Shown: one piece after another, positions 52,187 through 63,355 of the stretch
Layout: every line of letters starts with the position of its first letter
Position numbering within the stretch: position 1 is the stretch's first letter
Assembly: GCA_963814585.1 (NCBI GenBank)
Contig: CAWFDF010000004.1
Span: forward strand, 384,001 to 448,000
Direction: 5' to 3'
Source of the DNA: an uncultured delta proteobacterium
GTDB lineage: Bacteria; Myxococcota; Myxococcia; Myxococcales; Anaeromyxobacteraceae
DNA: 64,000 nucleotides
The notes under the pieces: generated by a model
Told to the model about the DNA's origin: nothing
What the model saw: the letters and a program-made list of their open reading frames with translations, nothing else
The model's database searches: none
Translations under genes and position numbers: made by a program

Positions 52187-52868
52187 ACCGGTACCCCACG
52201 CCGCGCACCGTCTCCAGGTGGCGCGGGGCGTCGGCGTCGTCGTCGATGTGGGCGCGGAGCCGGGCCACGAAGTTGTCCACGGTGCGCGCCGTCCCGAAGT
52301 AGCGCGAGCCCCAGACCGACTCCATCAGCTGCTCGCGCGAGAAGACCCGGTCCGGGTGGGTGACGAAGTACAGCAGCAGGTCGAACTCGCGGGTGGTCAG
52401 CTCCAGCGGCCTGCCGTTGACGGTGGCGCGGCGGGCCTGCAGGTCGATCTCCACCGGCCCGGCCCGCTTCACGGTCCTGGCGTCGCCGGTCTCGCCCTTG
52501 ACCCGCCGCCGGCGCAGCAGCGCCCCGATGCGGGCCAGCAGCTCCTTCAGGCTGAAGGGCTTCACCATGTAGTCGTCGGCGCCGAGCTGGAGCCCGGCCA
52601 CCTTGTCGGTCTCCTGCCCCTTGGCGGAGAGGATCAGCACCGGCAGGTCGGGGTCGTCGCGGCGCAGCTCGCGGATCACCTCCAGGCCGCCGAGACGCGG
52701 CAGCATCACGTCGACCACCAGCAGGTCGAACCGCTCGGCGCGCGCCAGCTGCAGGCCGGTCTCGCCGTCGCTGGCGGAGCGGACCGCGTACCCCTCCAGC
52801 GTCAGGTTGAGCTGCAGGCCGCGCAGGATGGAGGGGTCGTCCTCGATGACCAGGATGCGCTCGCTCAC
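52176..52868 (-). CDS. OmpR-family response regulator
   Basis: REC domain plus winged helix (RTVDNFV..LR, TVRGVGY). Confidence 0.95.
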   Translation of the reverse strand: MSERILVIEDDPSILRGLQLNLTLEGYAVRSASDGETGLQLARAERFDLLVVDVMLPRLGGLEVIRELRRDDPDLPVLILSAKGQETDKVAGLQLGADDYMVKPFSLKELLARIGALLRRRRVKGETGDARTVKRAGPVEIDLQARRATVNGRPLELTTREFDLLLYFVTHPDRVFSREQLMESVWGSRYFGTARTVDNFVARLRAHIDDDADAPRHLETVRGVGYRFNP

Positions 52869-53755
52869 GGGCCCTCCGCCGCCGGCAAGGTGATGGAGAA
52901 GGCGGCGCCGTGCCCGACCTCCGACTTGACTGCGACCTTGCCGCCGTGGGCGCCGACGATGTGCTTCACCATGGCCAGCCCCAGCCCCGAGCCCTCGATG
53001 GAGCGCAGCAGCGGATCGCGGGCCCGGTAGAACTTGTCGAAGATCCGCTTCTGGTCGGGGAGCGAGATGCCGGGGCCGTTGTCGGCCACCGTGATCACCA
53101 CCGCCGGGCCGGTCCGCGCCGCGCTCACCGTGATCCGCTTCTCCGGGCCGGTGTACTTGTGGGCGTTGTAGAGCAGGTCGAGCAGCGCGCCGCTGAGCGC
53201 CTCGCGATCGGCCACCACCTCGGGGAGCTCGGACGGCAGCGCCCGGACCAGCTCGACCGGGTGGGTGAACTGCAGCGGCTCGAAGGCGTCGAGCGCGTCC
53301 TCGATGATGGGGAGGAGGGGCTGGCGCTCGAGGTCGAAGCGCCGCCGTCCCGACTCCATGCGGGCCCAGTCGAGCAGCCGGTTGATGAGGGTGGAGAGCC
53401 GGGCGGTCTCCTCGGCGATGATCTCCAGCGCCTCGGCGCGGCGGGCCTCGTCGGTGAACCGCCCCATCTGCAGGGTCTCGACGAACATCCGGATCGAGGT
53501 GAGCGGGGTGCGCAGGTCGTGGGAGACCTTGTTGACGAAGTCGGTCTGCAGCCGGGCCACCCGTGACTCGCGCTGCACCACGATGAGCGTGGCGGCGCTG
53601 CCGGCCACCGTGGTGGCCACCAGGGTGAGGATGAGCCCTCCGAAGACGTAGTCGCGAGGCGCCGCGCCGAACACCAGGATCAGCACGCCCACGGTGAGCA
53701 TCAGGGCCGCCGGGACGAACACGAAGCCGATGATCAGCGGCAGGACTCGGCGCAC
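52865..53755 (-). CDS. Membrane sensor histidine kinase
   Basis: 2 TM helices; SHDLRTPL, DNGPG and GSGLGL motifs. Confidence 0.93.
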   Translation of the reverse strand: MRRVLPLIIGFVFVPAALMLTVGVLILVFGAAPRDYVFGGLILTLVATTVAGSAATLIVVQRESRVARLQTDFVNKVSHDLRTPLTSIRMFVETLQMGRFTDEARRAEALEIIAEETARLSTLINRLLDWARMESGRRRFDLERQPLLPIIEDALDAFEPLQFTHPVELVRALPSELPEVVADREALSGALLDLLYNAHKYTGPEKRITVSAARTGPAVVITVADNGPGISLPDQKRIFDKFYRARDPLLRSIEGSGLGLAMVKHIVGAHGGKVAVKSEVGHGAAFSITLPAAEGP

Positions 53756-53867
53756 GGGGCGTACCCTACCACCGTCGTCCTCGACGCCGCGCGCCCCTCC
53801 CTCGCCACCGCGGCCGGGCCGCCGACCCCCGCCTCCGCCGGCGACGAGATGCCCGGCCTGGCGCCCG

Positions 53868-54341
53868 TCAACGCCCTTCGACCAGCTGCCTGGCCAGGGC
53901 CCTCAGGCGCTCCTCGTCCCCCGCCCCGATTCCCCGGTCGCGGTTCAGCGTGAGGCTGTAGAGCACCCCCTTGCTCCCCGCGTAGAAGGAGAGCTGCTGC
54001 TGGTCGCGCAGCTGGAAGGCGCCGGTCCCGAGCGAGGGCTCGTCCTTGACCGATCGCCCCGGCTCCTTGGACTGCCTCGCCATGGTCGCGCTGAAGGCCA
54101 GGGTGCTGGCGGGCTGGGGGGTGGGCGCCGCCACCAGGCTCAGGTGCGCCGAGTTGTCCCCGTTCCGCAGCTCGCAGATGGTGTTCTTTCCCGACTTGAC
54201 GGCCTTGGGCTTCGCGCCGGGCTCGCCGATCAGCGCGCCGCCGTGCTGGGCGATCGCGGCGCAGGGGTCCTGGGCCTGGGCGGCGGTCGTCCACCCGATC
54301 AGCGCCGCGACGGAGAGGAACGCGAAGGCCTGGAGCCGCAT
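53868..54341 (-). CDS. Hypothetical exported protein
   Basis: Signal peptide ending AQA; a Cys pair; GGAGG RBS. Confidence 0.7.
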   Translation of the reverse strand: MRLQAFAFLSVAALIGWTTAAQAQDPCAAIAQHGGALIGEPGAKPKAVKSGKNTICELRNGDNSAHLSLVAAPTPQPASTLAFSATMARQSKEPGRSVKDEPSLGTGAFQLRDQQQLSFYAGSKGVLYSLTLNRDRGIGAGDEERLRALARQLVEGR

Positions 54342-54513
54342 GGTCGGTGCCTCCTGGAAGGCATGGAGCCGTTCGCGGAGTTCTAGCCACGCCCACCACG
54401 AGGCGAAAGGCCCGGGCGGGTCGTCCCCGGCCGCCGGAGGTGACGGCCGGGCCGCCGTGATTCAGACTGGGCCCGGCTGGCCGGGCGGAGCCTGCCGGGG
54501 AGGTGCCAGGACC

Positions 54514-55962
54514 ATGAAGCCCGAGCTGGCGAGGATCATCCAGGGGGCCGACCTGCGCGGCTGGGTGGAGACGGGCGTCGAGTACGGGACGGGGGAGCTG
54601 GTGGTCCGGGTGCCCCCCGGCTGCCGGACCCTGGGGATGCGCGAGACCCGGCCCCTCCCCGACGCCGGCGCCGCCATCCGCGAGGCCATCGCCCACCCGC
54701 TCGGCTCGCCGACCCTCGGCGAGATCGTCGCGGCCAGGGGGAAGTCCCCGGCGGCGCTGACCGTCTGCATCGCCACCTCGGACATCACCCGGCCGGTCCC
54801 CTACCGGGGCGAGGCCGGCATCCTGGCGCCGCTCCTCGAGGCCCTCGAGCGGGCCGGGGTCCGGCGCGAGAACGTGACGCTGCTGGTCGGCACCGGAACC
54901 CACCGGCCCAGCACGCCCGACGAGAAGGTGGCCATGTTCGGCGCCGAGGTGGTCGCCAGCTGTCGCGTCACCGACCACGCCTGCGACGACGACGACATGC
55001 TGGTCGCCATGGGCCGGACCCGGAGCGGCACCGAGATCCTGGTGAACCGGCGCTTCGTCGAGGCCGACCTGCGCATCGCCACCGGCCTGGTGGAGAGCCA
55101 CTTCATGGCCGGCGTCTCCGGCGGACGCAAGGCCGTCTGCCCGGCCCTGGTGAGCCGGAAGACCATCGAGCGGTTCCACGGCGCCCGGTTCCTCGACTCC
55201 CCCAAGGCCACCAACCTGGTGCTGGAGGGCAACCCCTGCCACGAGGAGTCGCTCGAGGTGGCGCGCCGGGTGGGCGTGGACTTCGCCGTCAACACGGTCC
55301 TCGACCGCCGCCTGGCGCTGGTGGGGGTGTACGCCGGCCACCTGGAGCGCTCCCACGAGGCCGCCTACCACCAGGTGAAGGAGCTGGTCGCCGTCCCGGT
55401 GGAGGAGGAGCACGACATCGTCCTCACCCACGGCGGCTACGTGGGGATCAACCACTACCAGAACGCCAAGGCGGCCTGCAACGCGCTGCCGGCGGTGCGC
55501 GAGAGGGGCTTCGTCATCCTGGCCGCCTGCGAGCGGGACTCCGACCCGGTCGGGCCGGTGACCTACCGGACGCTGCTGCACCTGCTCAAGCTGCAGGGCT
55601 GGGAGCGCTACCTGGAGATGCTGCTGGCCCCCGGCTGGAGGTTCACCCGCGACCAGTGGGAGCCGCAGATGTGGGGCAAGGTCCTGGCCAGGATCGGCGA
55701 GGAGGGGCTGATCTACTGCTCGGCGCGGCTGCCGGCCCGCGAGGCGGAGATCGTCCCGGGGCGGCTCGGCTGGGAGTTCGTGGACCGGCCCGCCGGACCG
55801 GTGGCCGACGACGCGCCGCTGGCCCAGGCCATGGTCCAGAACGCCGTCATCGCCTGCGTCCACCATCCGCGATGGGGCGGGAGGACGCCCACCTTCGCCT
55901 TCGTGAAGGAGGGGCCCTACGTCATCCCGCTGCCGGCCGGTCCTACTTCGCGGGAATCGTGA
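54514..55962 (+). CDS. larA: LarA-family nickel-pincer racemase/epimerase
   Basis: SDITRP, GTGTHRP, HFMAGVSGGRK..PAL and DQWEPQ motifs. Confidence 0.85.
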   Translation: MKPELARIIQGADLRGWVETGVEYGTGELVVRVPPGCRTLGMRETRPLPDAGAAIREAIAHPLGSPTLGEIVAARGKSPAALTVCIATSDITRPVPYRGEAGILAPLLEALERAGVRRENVTLLVGTGTHRPSTPDEKVAMFGAEVVASCRVTDHACDDDDMLVAMGRTRSGTEILVNRRFVEADLRIATGLVESHFMAGVSGGRKAVCPALVSRKTIERFHGARFLDSPKATNLVLEGNPCHEESLEVARRVGVDFAVNTVLDRRLALVGVYAGHLERSHEAAYHQVKELVAVPVEEEHDIVLTHGGYVGINHYQNAKAACNALPAVRERGFVILAACERDSDPVGPVTYRTLLHLLKLQGWERYLEMLLAPGWRFTRDQWEPQMWGKVLARIGEEGLIYCSARLPAREAEIVPGRLGWEFVDRPAGPVADDAPLAQAMVQNAVIACVHHPRWGGRTPTFAFVKEGPYVIPLPAGPTSRES

Positions 55963-56577
55963 TGTCGCCGGGTCTCGGCTGCATGAGCCAGGCCCGGATC
56001 TCGGCACCGTCCGGCGGGTCGTCGGTCAGGGAGAGGTACATGGTGAAGTACCTCACCGCCTGGTCGCGATCGCCGCGGCGCCGCCAGACGTCCCCGAGGA
56101 CCCGGTTGGCGAGCGGCGGGTTCCCGGTGCGCAGCGACTGCTCCGCGTAGGCGGCGGCGTCGTCGACGCGCCCGGCCCGCCAGAGCGCGGCGGCCGCCCG
56201 GGCCATGCTGTCGGCGTCCCGGGTGTCGACCCGCCCGTCGAAGCCGGCCGGGCGGAGCGCCAGGTAGTACTGGCGGTTGGCGACCCGCCCCGCCTCCACC
56301 ACCGCCTCCTCGGTCTCGAAGCCCTCGGCCGAGACCCGGATCCGGAAGGTCCGCTTCGGGTCGGCCACCTCGAGCTTCACGAAGCCGCGCCCCCGCGGCT
56401 GCCCGTCCACCTCGATCAGGGCGGACGGCGGCAGGAAGTCCGCCCTGGCCTCCGGGGTGGTCGCGGCGTCCGGTCGGAGGACTGCTTCTCGGAGGACTGC
56501 TTCCCGGTGGGCTGCTGCTCGGGGGCGGTCAGGACGGCCAGGGTGGCGAGGATGGCGGCGGCGCTGGTGGCGGGCAT
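55943..56577 (-). CDS. Exported PEGA-like/TPR protein; frameshift at ~56474
   Basis: Signal peptide in the 56416..56634 frame; ALIEVDG..G...SAEGFE plus TPR in the 55943..56410 frame. Confidence 0.7.
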
Positions 56578-56657
56578 GGGCCCGACCCTACCGGCACCTC
56601 GAGCCCCCCGGAAGACCCCGCCCGGGCGGACCACCGCTCAGGGTCGGTGGAACGGGG

Positions 56658-58814
56658 TCAGTGGAACGTCCCGCCGCTCCGCGCCTTCTCCAGCAGCAGC
56701 GGCGCCGGCTCGAACCGGTTGCCGTGCTCCTGGCGCAGCCGCTCCAGCCTCTCGATCACCTGCCTCGCCCCCATGGCGTCGGCCATGCGGAAGGGCCCTC
56801 CGCGGAAGGGCGGGAAGCCGATGCCGAAGACCGCGCCGATGTCGCCGTCGCGCGGGCTGCGGATGACGCCGTCGCCGAGGGCGCGGGCCGCCTCGTTGAC
56901 CAGCGACAGCGCCAGGCGCTCGGCCATCTCGGCGCGCGGGAAGCGCTGGCGCCGGCGCCCGCCAGGGAGCAGGTCGTAGACGGTCTCGTCCACCACCTTC
57001 TTCTTCCCCTCGCCGTAGGTGTAGAAGCCGCGGCCGTTCTTGCGGCCGAGCCGGCCCGACTCGAGCACCCGCTCGAGCGCGTCGGGCGGCCTCATCCGGT
57101 CGCCGTACCCGGCGTGCAGGATCCTGCTCACCTTGGCGCCGACGTCGATGCCCACCTCGTCGAGCAGCGTGATGGGGCCGACCGGGTAGCCGAAGGCGAC
57201 CAGCGCGGCGTCCAGCTCGTCGATGGCGGCGCCCTCCGCCAGCAGCCAGGCCGCCTCGTTCATGTAGGGGCCGAGGACGCGGTTGGTGTAGAAGCCCGGC
57301 ACGTCGCCGACGATGATCACGGTCTTGCCCTGCCTCTTGCCGAGCGCCACCGCGGTGGCGATCACCTCCGGCGCGGTGCGCGGCGTGGCGATCACCTCGA
57401 GCAGCGGCATCTTGTCGACCGGCGAGAAGTAGTGCATCCCGATCACCGCCTCGGGGCGGGCGGCCGCACTGGCGATGTCGGCGATGGGGATCGAGGAGGT
57501 GTTGGTGGCGAAGATGCCGGTGGGGTTGACGGCCTCGAAGGCCCTCAGCATCTCCTGCTTCAGCTTCAGGTCCTCGAAGACCGCCTCGATCAGCACGTCG
57601 ACCTGGCCGAGCCCGTCCCAGCCGGTGGTGGTGGTGATGAGGCGCATGGCGGCGTCGCGCTCGAGCCGCTCCACCGACTTGCGCTTGACCCGGGTGGCGA
57701 AGACCGCGGCCACGCTCGCCTGCGCCTTGGCGGCCGCGGCGTCGTTCTGCTCCCGCAGGCGCACCGGCAGCCCCGCGTTGACGGTGACATAGGCGATGCC
57801 GCTCCCCATCAGGCCACCGCCCAGCACCCCGACCCGCTCCACCCGGCGAGCCTTCACGGCGGGATCGGCCACGCCGCTCTCGCGCTTCAGGGCGGTCTGG
57901 GCGAAGAAGATCTCCACCAGCCGCCTGGAGACGTCGCTCACCGCCAGCTGGCCGAAGGCCTTGGCCTCGGCCGCCAGCCCCGCCGCCGCTCCCCGCGCCG
58001 CGCCGATGCGGACGGCCTCGAGCGCCAGCTCCGGCGCCGGGTAGTTCCCCCTGGTCTTCTTGAGCAGCTGCTCCCGGGCCTTCGAGAAGAGCACGGCCCG
58101 GCCGAGCGGGTTCGACTCCAGCAGCGCCAGCTGCGCCGCTGCCAGGCCGACCGGCCTCCTGGCCATGGGGCGCCGCGGCTGGAGCGCGCCGGCGGCCAGC
58201 GCCCGGGCCCGCTCCACCGCCACCTGGCGCAGCAGCGGCGCCGGGCAGGCCTCGTCGACGAGGCCGAGCGAGAGCGCCTTCCTCACCTTCACGGTCTTGC
58301 CCGCCAGGATGAGATCGAGGGCGCTGGCCAGGCCGACGAGCCGCGGCAGCCGCTGCGTGCCGCCGGCGCCGGGGACCAGGCCGAGCTGCACCTCGGGGAG
58401 TCCCAGCTGCGTCTTCGGGTCGTTGCTGGCGACGCGGTAGTGGCAGGCCAGCGCCCACTCCAGGCCGCCGCCGAGGCAGGCGCCGTGGATGGCGGCCACC
58501 ACCGGCTTGCCGTAGGCCTCGAGCCGATCGAAGCCGGCCTGGCCCTGCCGGGACAGGTCCTCGGCCTCGCCGGCGCTCTTCACCGCCTGGATCATCTCGA
58601 TCCGGGCGCCGGCGACGAACCCGTCGCGCTTGCCGGAGGCGAGCACGACGGCCTTCACAGCGGGGTCCCGCTCGAACCGGGTGAGGAGCGTGTCGAACTC
58701 GGCGCCGACGTCGGGCGAGAGCGTGTTGACGCTCTCGCCAGGGAGGTCGAGGAGCAGCGTGGCGACGCCGTCCTCGAGGACGACGGTGAAGCTCTTCTGC
58801 GCGGCCGTGGTCAT
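56658..58814 (-). CDS. fadJ: Fatty acid oxidation complex alpha subunit
   Basis: Enoyl-CoA hydratase (GGGLE, LPEVQLG) plus 3-hydroxyacyl-CoA dehydrogenase (GGGLMG, NTSSIP, HYFSPV). Confidence 0.93.
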   Translation of the reverse strand: MTTAAQKSFTVVLEDGVATLLLDLPGESVNTLSPDVGAEFDTLLTRFERDPAVKAVVLASGKRDGFVAGARIEMIQAVKSAGEAEDLSRQGQAGFDRLEAYGKPVVAAIHGACLGGGLEWALACHYRVASNDPKTQLGLPEVQLGLVPGAGGTQRLPRLVGLASALDLILAGKTVKVRKALSLGLVDEACPAPLLRQVAVERARALAAGALQPRRPMARRPVGLAAAQLALLESNPLGRAVLFSKAREQLLKKTRGNYPAPELALEAVRIGAARGAAAGLAAEAKAFGQLAVSDVSRRLVEIFFAQTALKRESGVADPAVKARRVERVGVLGGGLMGSGIAYVTVNAGLPVRLREQNDAAAAKAQASVAAVFATRVKRKSVERLERDAAMRLITTTTGWDGLGQVDVLIEAVFEDLKLKQEMLRAFEAVNPTGIFATNTSSIPIADIASAAARPEAVIGMHYFSPVDKMPLLEVIATPRTAPEVIATAVALGKRQGKTVIIVGDVPGFYTNRVLGPYMNEAAWLLAEGAAIDELDAALVAFGYPVGPITLLDEVGIDVGAKVSRILHAGYGDRMRPPDALERVLESGRLGRKNGRGFYTYGEGKKKVVDETVYDLLPGGRRRQRFPRAEMAERLALSLVNEAARALGDGVIRSPRDGDIGAVFGIGFPPFRGGPFRMADAMGARQVIERLERLRQEHGNRFEPAPLLLEKARSGGTFH

Positions 58815-58841
58815 GGTGGTCTCCCGGGGATCCGGCGCTCG

Positions 58842-60149
58842 CTACTCGCGCTCCAGCACCACCGCGGCGCCCAGCGCTCCGGCGGCGCAGACGGTCAGCA
58901 GGGCGTACTGCTTCTGGCGGCGCTGGAGCTCGCGGAGCGTCTGCGTGATCATGCGGGCGCCGGTCGCGGCGAACGGGTGGCCGAGCGCGATGGAGCCGCC
59001 GTTGACGTTGAGGCGGGCCGGGTCGACCTCGCCGAGCGGCGCCGGGCGCCGCAGCTCCTTCTCGGCGAACGCCCTGGAGGCGAAAGCCTGCAGGTTGGAG
59101 AGCACCTGGGCGGCGAAGGCCTCGTGCATGTCGACCAGGTCCATGTCCTGCAGCGTCAGCCCGGCCCGGTCGAGGGCGATGGGGGCGGCGTAGGCCGGTC
59201 CCTGCAGCAGCTGGTCGCGCGGATCGAGCCCGGCGTAGGCATAGGCGCGCACGTAACCGAGGGGCTTCAGGCCCAGCGACCTGGCCTTCTCCTCGGACAT
59301 GACGATGACCGCCGCGGCGCCGTCGGTGAGCGGCGAGGCGTTCCCGGCGGTGACCGTCCCGTACCTCCGGTCGAAGACCGGCTTCAGCGCCGAGAGGGCC
59401 TCGAGGGTGGCGTCGGAGCGGACGATGTTGTCCCTGGCCGAGACCCGCTCGAAGCGCGGCGGCACCGCCACGTGCATCACCTCGGCGTCGAACGTGCCGC
59501 TGGACCAGGCGGCCGCGGCCCGCTGGTGGGAGAGGACCGCGAGCTCGTCCTGGGCGCGGCGCGAGATGCCGTTCTTCTGCGCCATCTGCTCGGCGCTCTG
59601 CCCCATGCTGAGGCCGGTGGTCGGCTCGACCAGCGCCGGCGGCTCGGGGCGCAGGTCCTCGAGCTTGAGCGAGGAGAGGATGGAGAGGCGCTGCGGGAGG
59701 GTGCGGGCCCTGGAGAGCTCCACCAGCTTCTGGGCCAGGCGGCGGGAGGCGAAGATGGGCGCGTCGGAGATCGACTCGGCGCCGCCGGCGACGGCGCAGT
59801 CGGCGTGACCGAGCGCGATCTGGTCGGCGGCGCTGGTGGTGGCCTGCAGCGAGGTGGCGCAGGCACGGGCCACGGTGTGGGCCTCGACGGAGCGGGGGAG
59901 CTGGGAGCGGAGCACCATCTCCCGGCCGATGAGCGACACCAGCTTGGAGGGGACCACCTGGCCGAAGACCAGCATGTCGAAGGTGCCGACCGGGAGGCCG
60001 GAGCGGGCCACCAGCTCGTTGACCACCAGGGCGCCGAGGTCGACGGCCGAGAGATCCCTGAAGTCGGTGCCCGCCTTGACGAACGGGGTGCGGAGCCCGT
60101 CGATGACCGCCGCGCGACGTCCGGGGCGGATGGAACCGGAGCTGGCCAT
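58842..60149 (-). CDS. fadI: 3-ketoacyl-CoA thiolase
   Basis: RACATS, HEAFAAQ, GHPFAATG and CAAG motifs. Confidence 0.93.
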   Translation of the reverse strand: MASSGSIRPGRRAAVIDGLRTPFVKAGTDFRDLSAVDLGALVVNELVARSGLPVGTFDMLVFGQVVPSKLVSLIGREMVLRSQLPRSVEAHTVARACATSLQATTSAADQIALGHADCAVAGGAESISDAPIFASRRLAQKLVELSRARTLPQRLSILSSLKLEDLRPEPPALVEPTTGLSMGQSAEQMAQKNGISRRAQDELAVLSHQRAAAAWSSGTFDAEVMHVAVPPRFERVSARDNIVRSDATLEALSALKPVFDRRYGTVTAGNASPLTDGAAAVIVMSEEKARSLGLKPLGYVRAYAYAGLDPRDQLLQGPAYAAPIALDRAGLTLQDMDLVDMHEAFAAQVLSNLQAFASRAFAEKELRRPAPLGEVDPARLNVNGGSIALGHPFAATGARMITQTLRELQRRQKQYALLTVCAAGALGAAVVLERE

Positions 60150-60278
60150 GGGCAACCTCGTTGACTCTGAAATCGGTCTGGAAGCCAGTCTGGTGTAGCG
60201 GTCTGGACGCGGGGCGTCAACCCGGGAGCGCCCGATTCTCCCCTTGCGCCCCCGGGTCGGGGGGCCGACCATCGGCCC

Positions 60279-60758
60279 ATGAAGCGGAGCCGCGAGCTCA
60301 GGCCGCTCTCGTCGGAGCACCACCAGGCGCTCCTCGTCGCCTTCCAGGTGAGGAAGTCGCTCGAGGGCCACCCGGAGGCGGCCGGGGCGCCGCGCGACCT
60401 GCCCGGCCTGGTGTCGCTGGCCCGCCGGTTCGAGGGGCAGGTGTTCGGCCCGCACGCGGCGGCGGAGGAGGCGCTGCTGGGCGAGCACCTGGCCGGTCCC
60501 GACCGGGCCCGGCTGGCGGCCGAGCACGGCGAGCTGAAGGGGCTGGTGGAGCACGCCCGGACCTCGGCGCCCGGCGAGCAGCGGGCGGCGCTGGCGGCCT
60601 TCGCCGGGCTGCTGGAGCGCCACGTCCGCTGGGAGGAGCGCGAGCTCTTCCCCTACGCCGAGGCCCACCTCGACGCCGCGGCGCTGGCGGTGATCGGCGG
60701 CGAGCTGGAGCGGCGGCTGCTGCTGGCCGGCCAGGGGTCGCGGGGCGCGCGGCGGTAG
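60279..60758 (+). CDS. Hemerythrin-like domain protein
   Basis: LSSEHHQAL, H...EE, EH and HVRWEERELFP motifs. Confidence 0.85.
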   Translation: MKRSRELRPLSSEHHQALLVAFQVRKSLEGHPEAAGAPRDLPGLVSLARRFEGQVFGPHAAAEEALLGEHLAGPDRARLAAEHGELKGLVEHARTSAPGEQRAALAAFAGLLERHVRWEERELFPYAEAHLDAAALAVIGGELERRLLLAGQGSRGARR

Positions 60759-60816
60759 GGCAAGCGGGTCCCGCGCCGTTGCGCGGCCGCCGGCCGGGCC
60801 GTAGGTTGGCGGGACC

Positions 60817-61806
<990 letters not shown>

Positions 61807-61860
61807 CCGCGCGGGACCCGGCGCGGGCGGGCGCCCGGGGTGGGGCCCGGCCTCCGGGGC

Positions 61861-63273
61861 TCAGCGGCTCCAGAGCGCCAGGGCCAGGTCGGGATCCTGG
61901 CCGATGGCGTTCACCATGGCCACCAGCGTGTCGTACTCGCCCTGGGCCGCGCCCGGGCCCGGGGGGCGCGGGACGAGCGCGAGCTCCTCTCGAAGCCGCT
62001 CCACCTCGGACGGATCGCAGAGCCTGACGTACGCGCCGCTCGGCAGCTTCAGCTCGGTCCCGGACGGGACGCCGCGAAGCAGGTGCTCCGTGATCCACGG
62101 GGAGCGGGGCTCGAGGTACTCGCTGAGCGGACAGCCCCAGGTCGGCTGGACCGGAGTCACCTTCCGCTCCCAGGGGACGCACAGGAGGTCCACCAGGCCG
62201 GTCACCACGGCGCGCTTCGCCAGGAGATCCAGGTCCCCGAAGGAGACGGCCTCGCTCCCGAGCTTCTTCAGGGCGTCGTTGAGCTCGGGCAGGACGAGGA
62301 GGTTGGGCCCGAGGCCGCTCCGCGCCTTGGCCGCCAGCGGCCGCGCGCGTTCCAGGAGCTCCTTCAGGAGGACCTTCTCGCGAGCGTTGGCGAACGCCTG
62401 GTAGGCCGGCAGGATCTCCTCCTTGTAGACGCGCGGGCGGAACAGGACCGCGGACCGGTTGGCGTAGGTGGTCCTGGTCTCGGCCTGCTGGACCTTGGCG
62501 GGCTCCACCGACTCCATGGACTTCAGGAAGGCGGACCGCTCCGCGGCGTCCTCGATCTGGCCGGCCAGCTCCCCGATCAGGGGCCTGGCCTGGGCCAGGG
62601 AGAAGGGCGCTTGCGGGCTGATGCGCCGCACCGCCTCCTCCACGTAGACCTTGGCCATCGGACCGACGGATTGGGCCAGGGCCTTGGCGCATCGGGCCAG
62701 GTAGGCCGCGGAGGCGGGCTCGGCCGCCGCGACCCCGGGCAGGAGGCCCGAGCCGCCGGCCTTGGACCAGCTCAGGCCGGAGGTGGCCAGCACCGGGCGG
62801 GAGCCCGAGCCCGGGTGCGGCGTGGTTCCCAGGACCTGGGAGCTGGAGGCCCTGGGCGGGCCGCCTGCCGAGGAGGAGAGGACCGCCGAGCTGCTGGCGG
62901 AGGGAGCCAGGCCCTGGCCCACCTCGATGGCCCGCCTGGCCTTGTTGGACGCGACCCGGAGGGCCACGGTGGCGAAGGCCGGGTTGAGGGTGCCGTCGGC
63001 CACCACCGCCAGCACGTAGCTGGCGCCGGCCACCGGGCCCACGTTTCGCAGCAGGATGGTCCCGTCGGCGTACTGCGCGGTGGCCGACTCCCAGCCCGGG
63101 TTCTGCAGCGCGATGGAGTCGACGGCCCTGGCCAGCATGCCGCTGACCTCCTCGCACAGCGAGCGATCGTAGATCGCCTTGCCGCGCTGGCCGACCAGCC
63201 GGCCCGCGCCGTCGAAGATCATGGCGGCGTTGACGCCGGCCAGATCGAGGATGCCCTGGAGGTTGTCGTCCAC
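61861..63273 (-). CDS. Roadblock/LC7 (MglB-like) domain multidomain protein
   Basis: N-terminal GVNAAMIFDG.G.LV alpha/beta pattern, Ser-rich linker, helical LAQSVGPMAKVYV domain and an unknown C-terminal domain. Confidence 0.7.
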   Translation of the reverse strand: MDDNLQGILDLAGVNAAMIFDGAGRLVGQRGKAIYDRSLCEEVSGMLARAVDSIALQNPGWESATAQYADGTILLRNVGPVAGASYVLAVVADGTLNPAFATVALRVASNKARRAIEVGQGLAPSASSSAVLSSSAGGPPRASSSQVLGTTPHPGSGSRPVLATSGLSWSKAGGSGLLPGVAAAEPASAAYLARCAKALAQSVGPMAKVYVEEAVRRISPQAPFSLAQARPLIGELAGQIEDAAERSAFLKSMESVEPAKVQQAETRTTYANRSAVLFRPRVYKEEILPAYQAFANAREKVLLKELLERARPLAAKARSGLGPNLLVLPELNDALKKLGSEAVSFGDLDLLAKRAVVTGLVDLLCVPWERKVTPVQPTWGCPLSEYLEPRSPWITEHLLRGVPSGTELKLPSGAYVRLCDPSEVERLREELALVPRPPGPGAAQGEYDTLVAMVNAIGQDPDLALALWSR

Positions 63274-63355
63274 GTTCGGGTCCCGGTCCCTTCAGCGCGA
63301 CGGTGGCATGTCCGTTGCGCTGCTGCAAGGAAGCGACCGGGCGCCGTGGTGTGGG

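Noticed and set aside
55943..56577. Programmed frameshift in the PEGA/TPR gene
   Set aside because: There is no slippery heptamer, and the window has several other indels consistent with assembly error.
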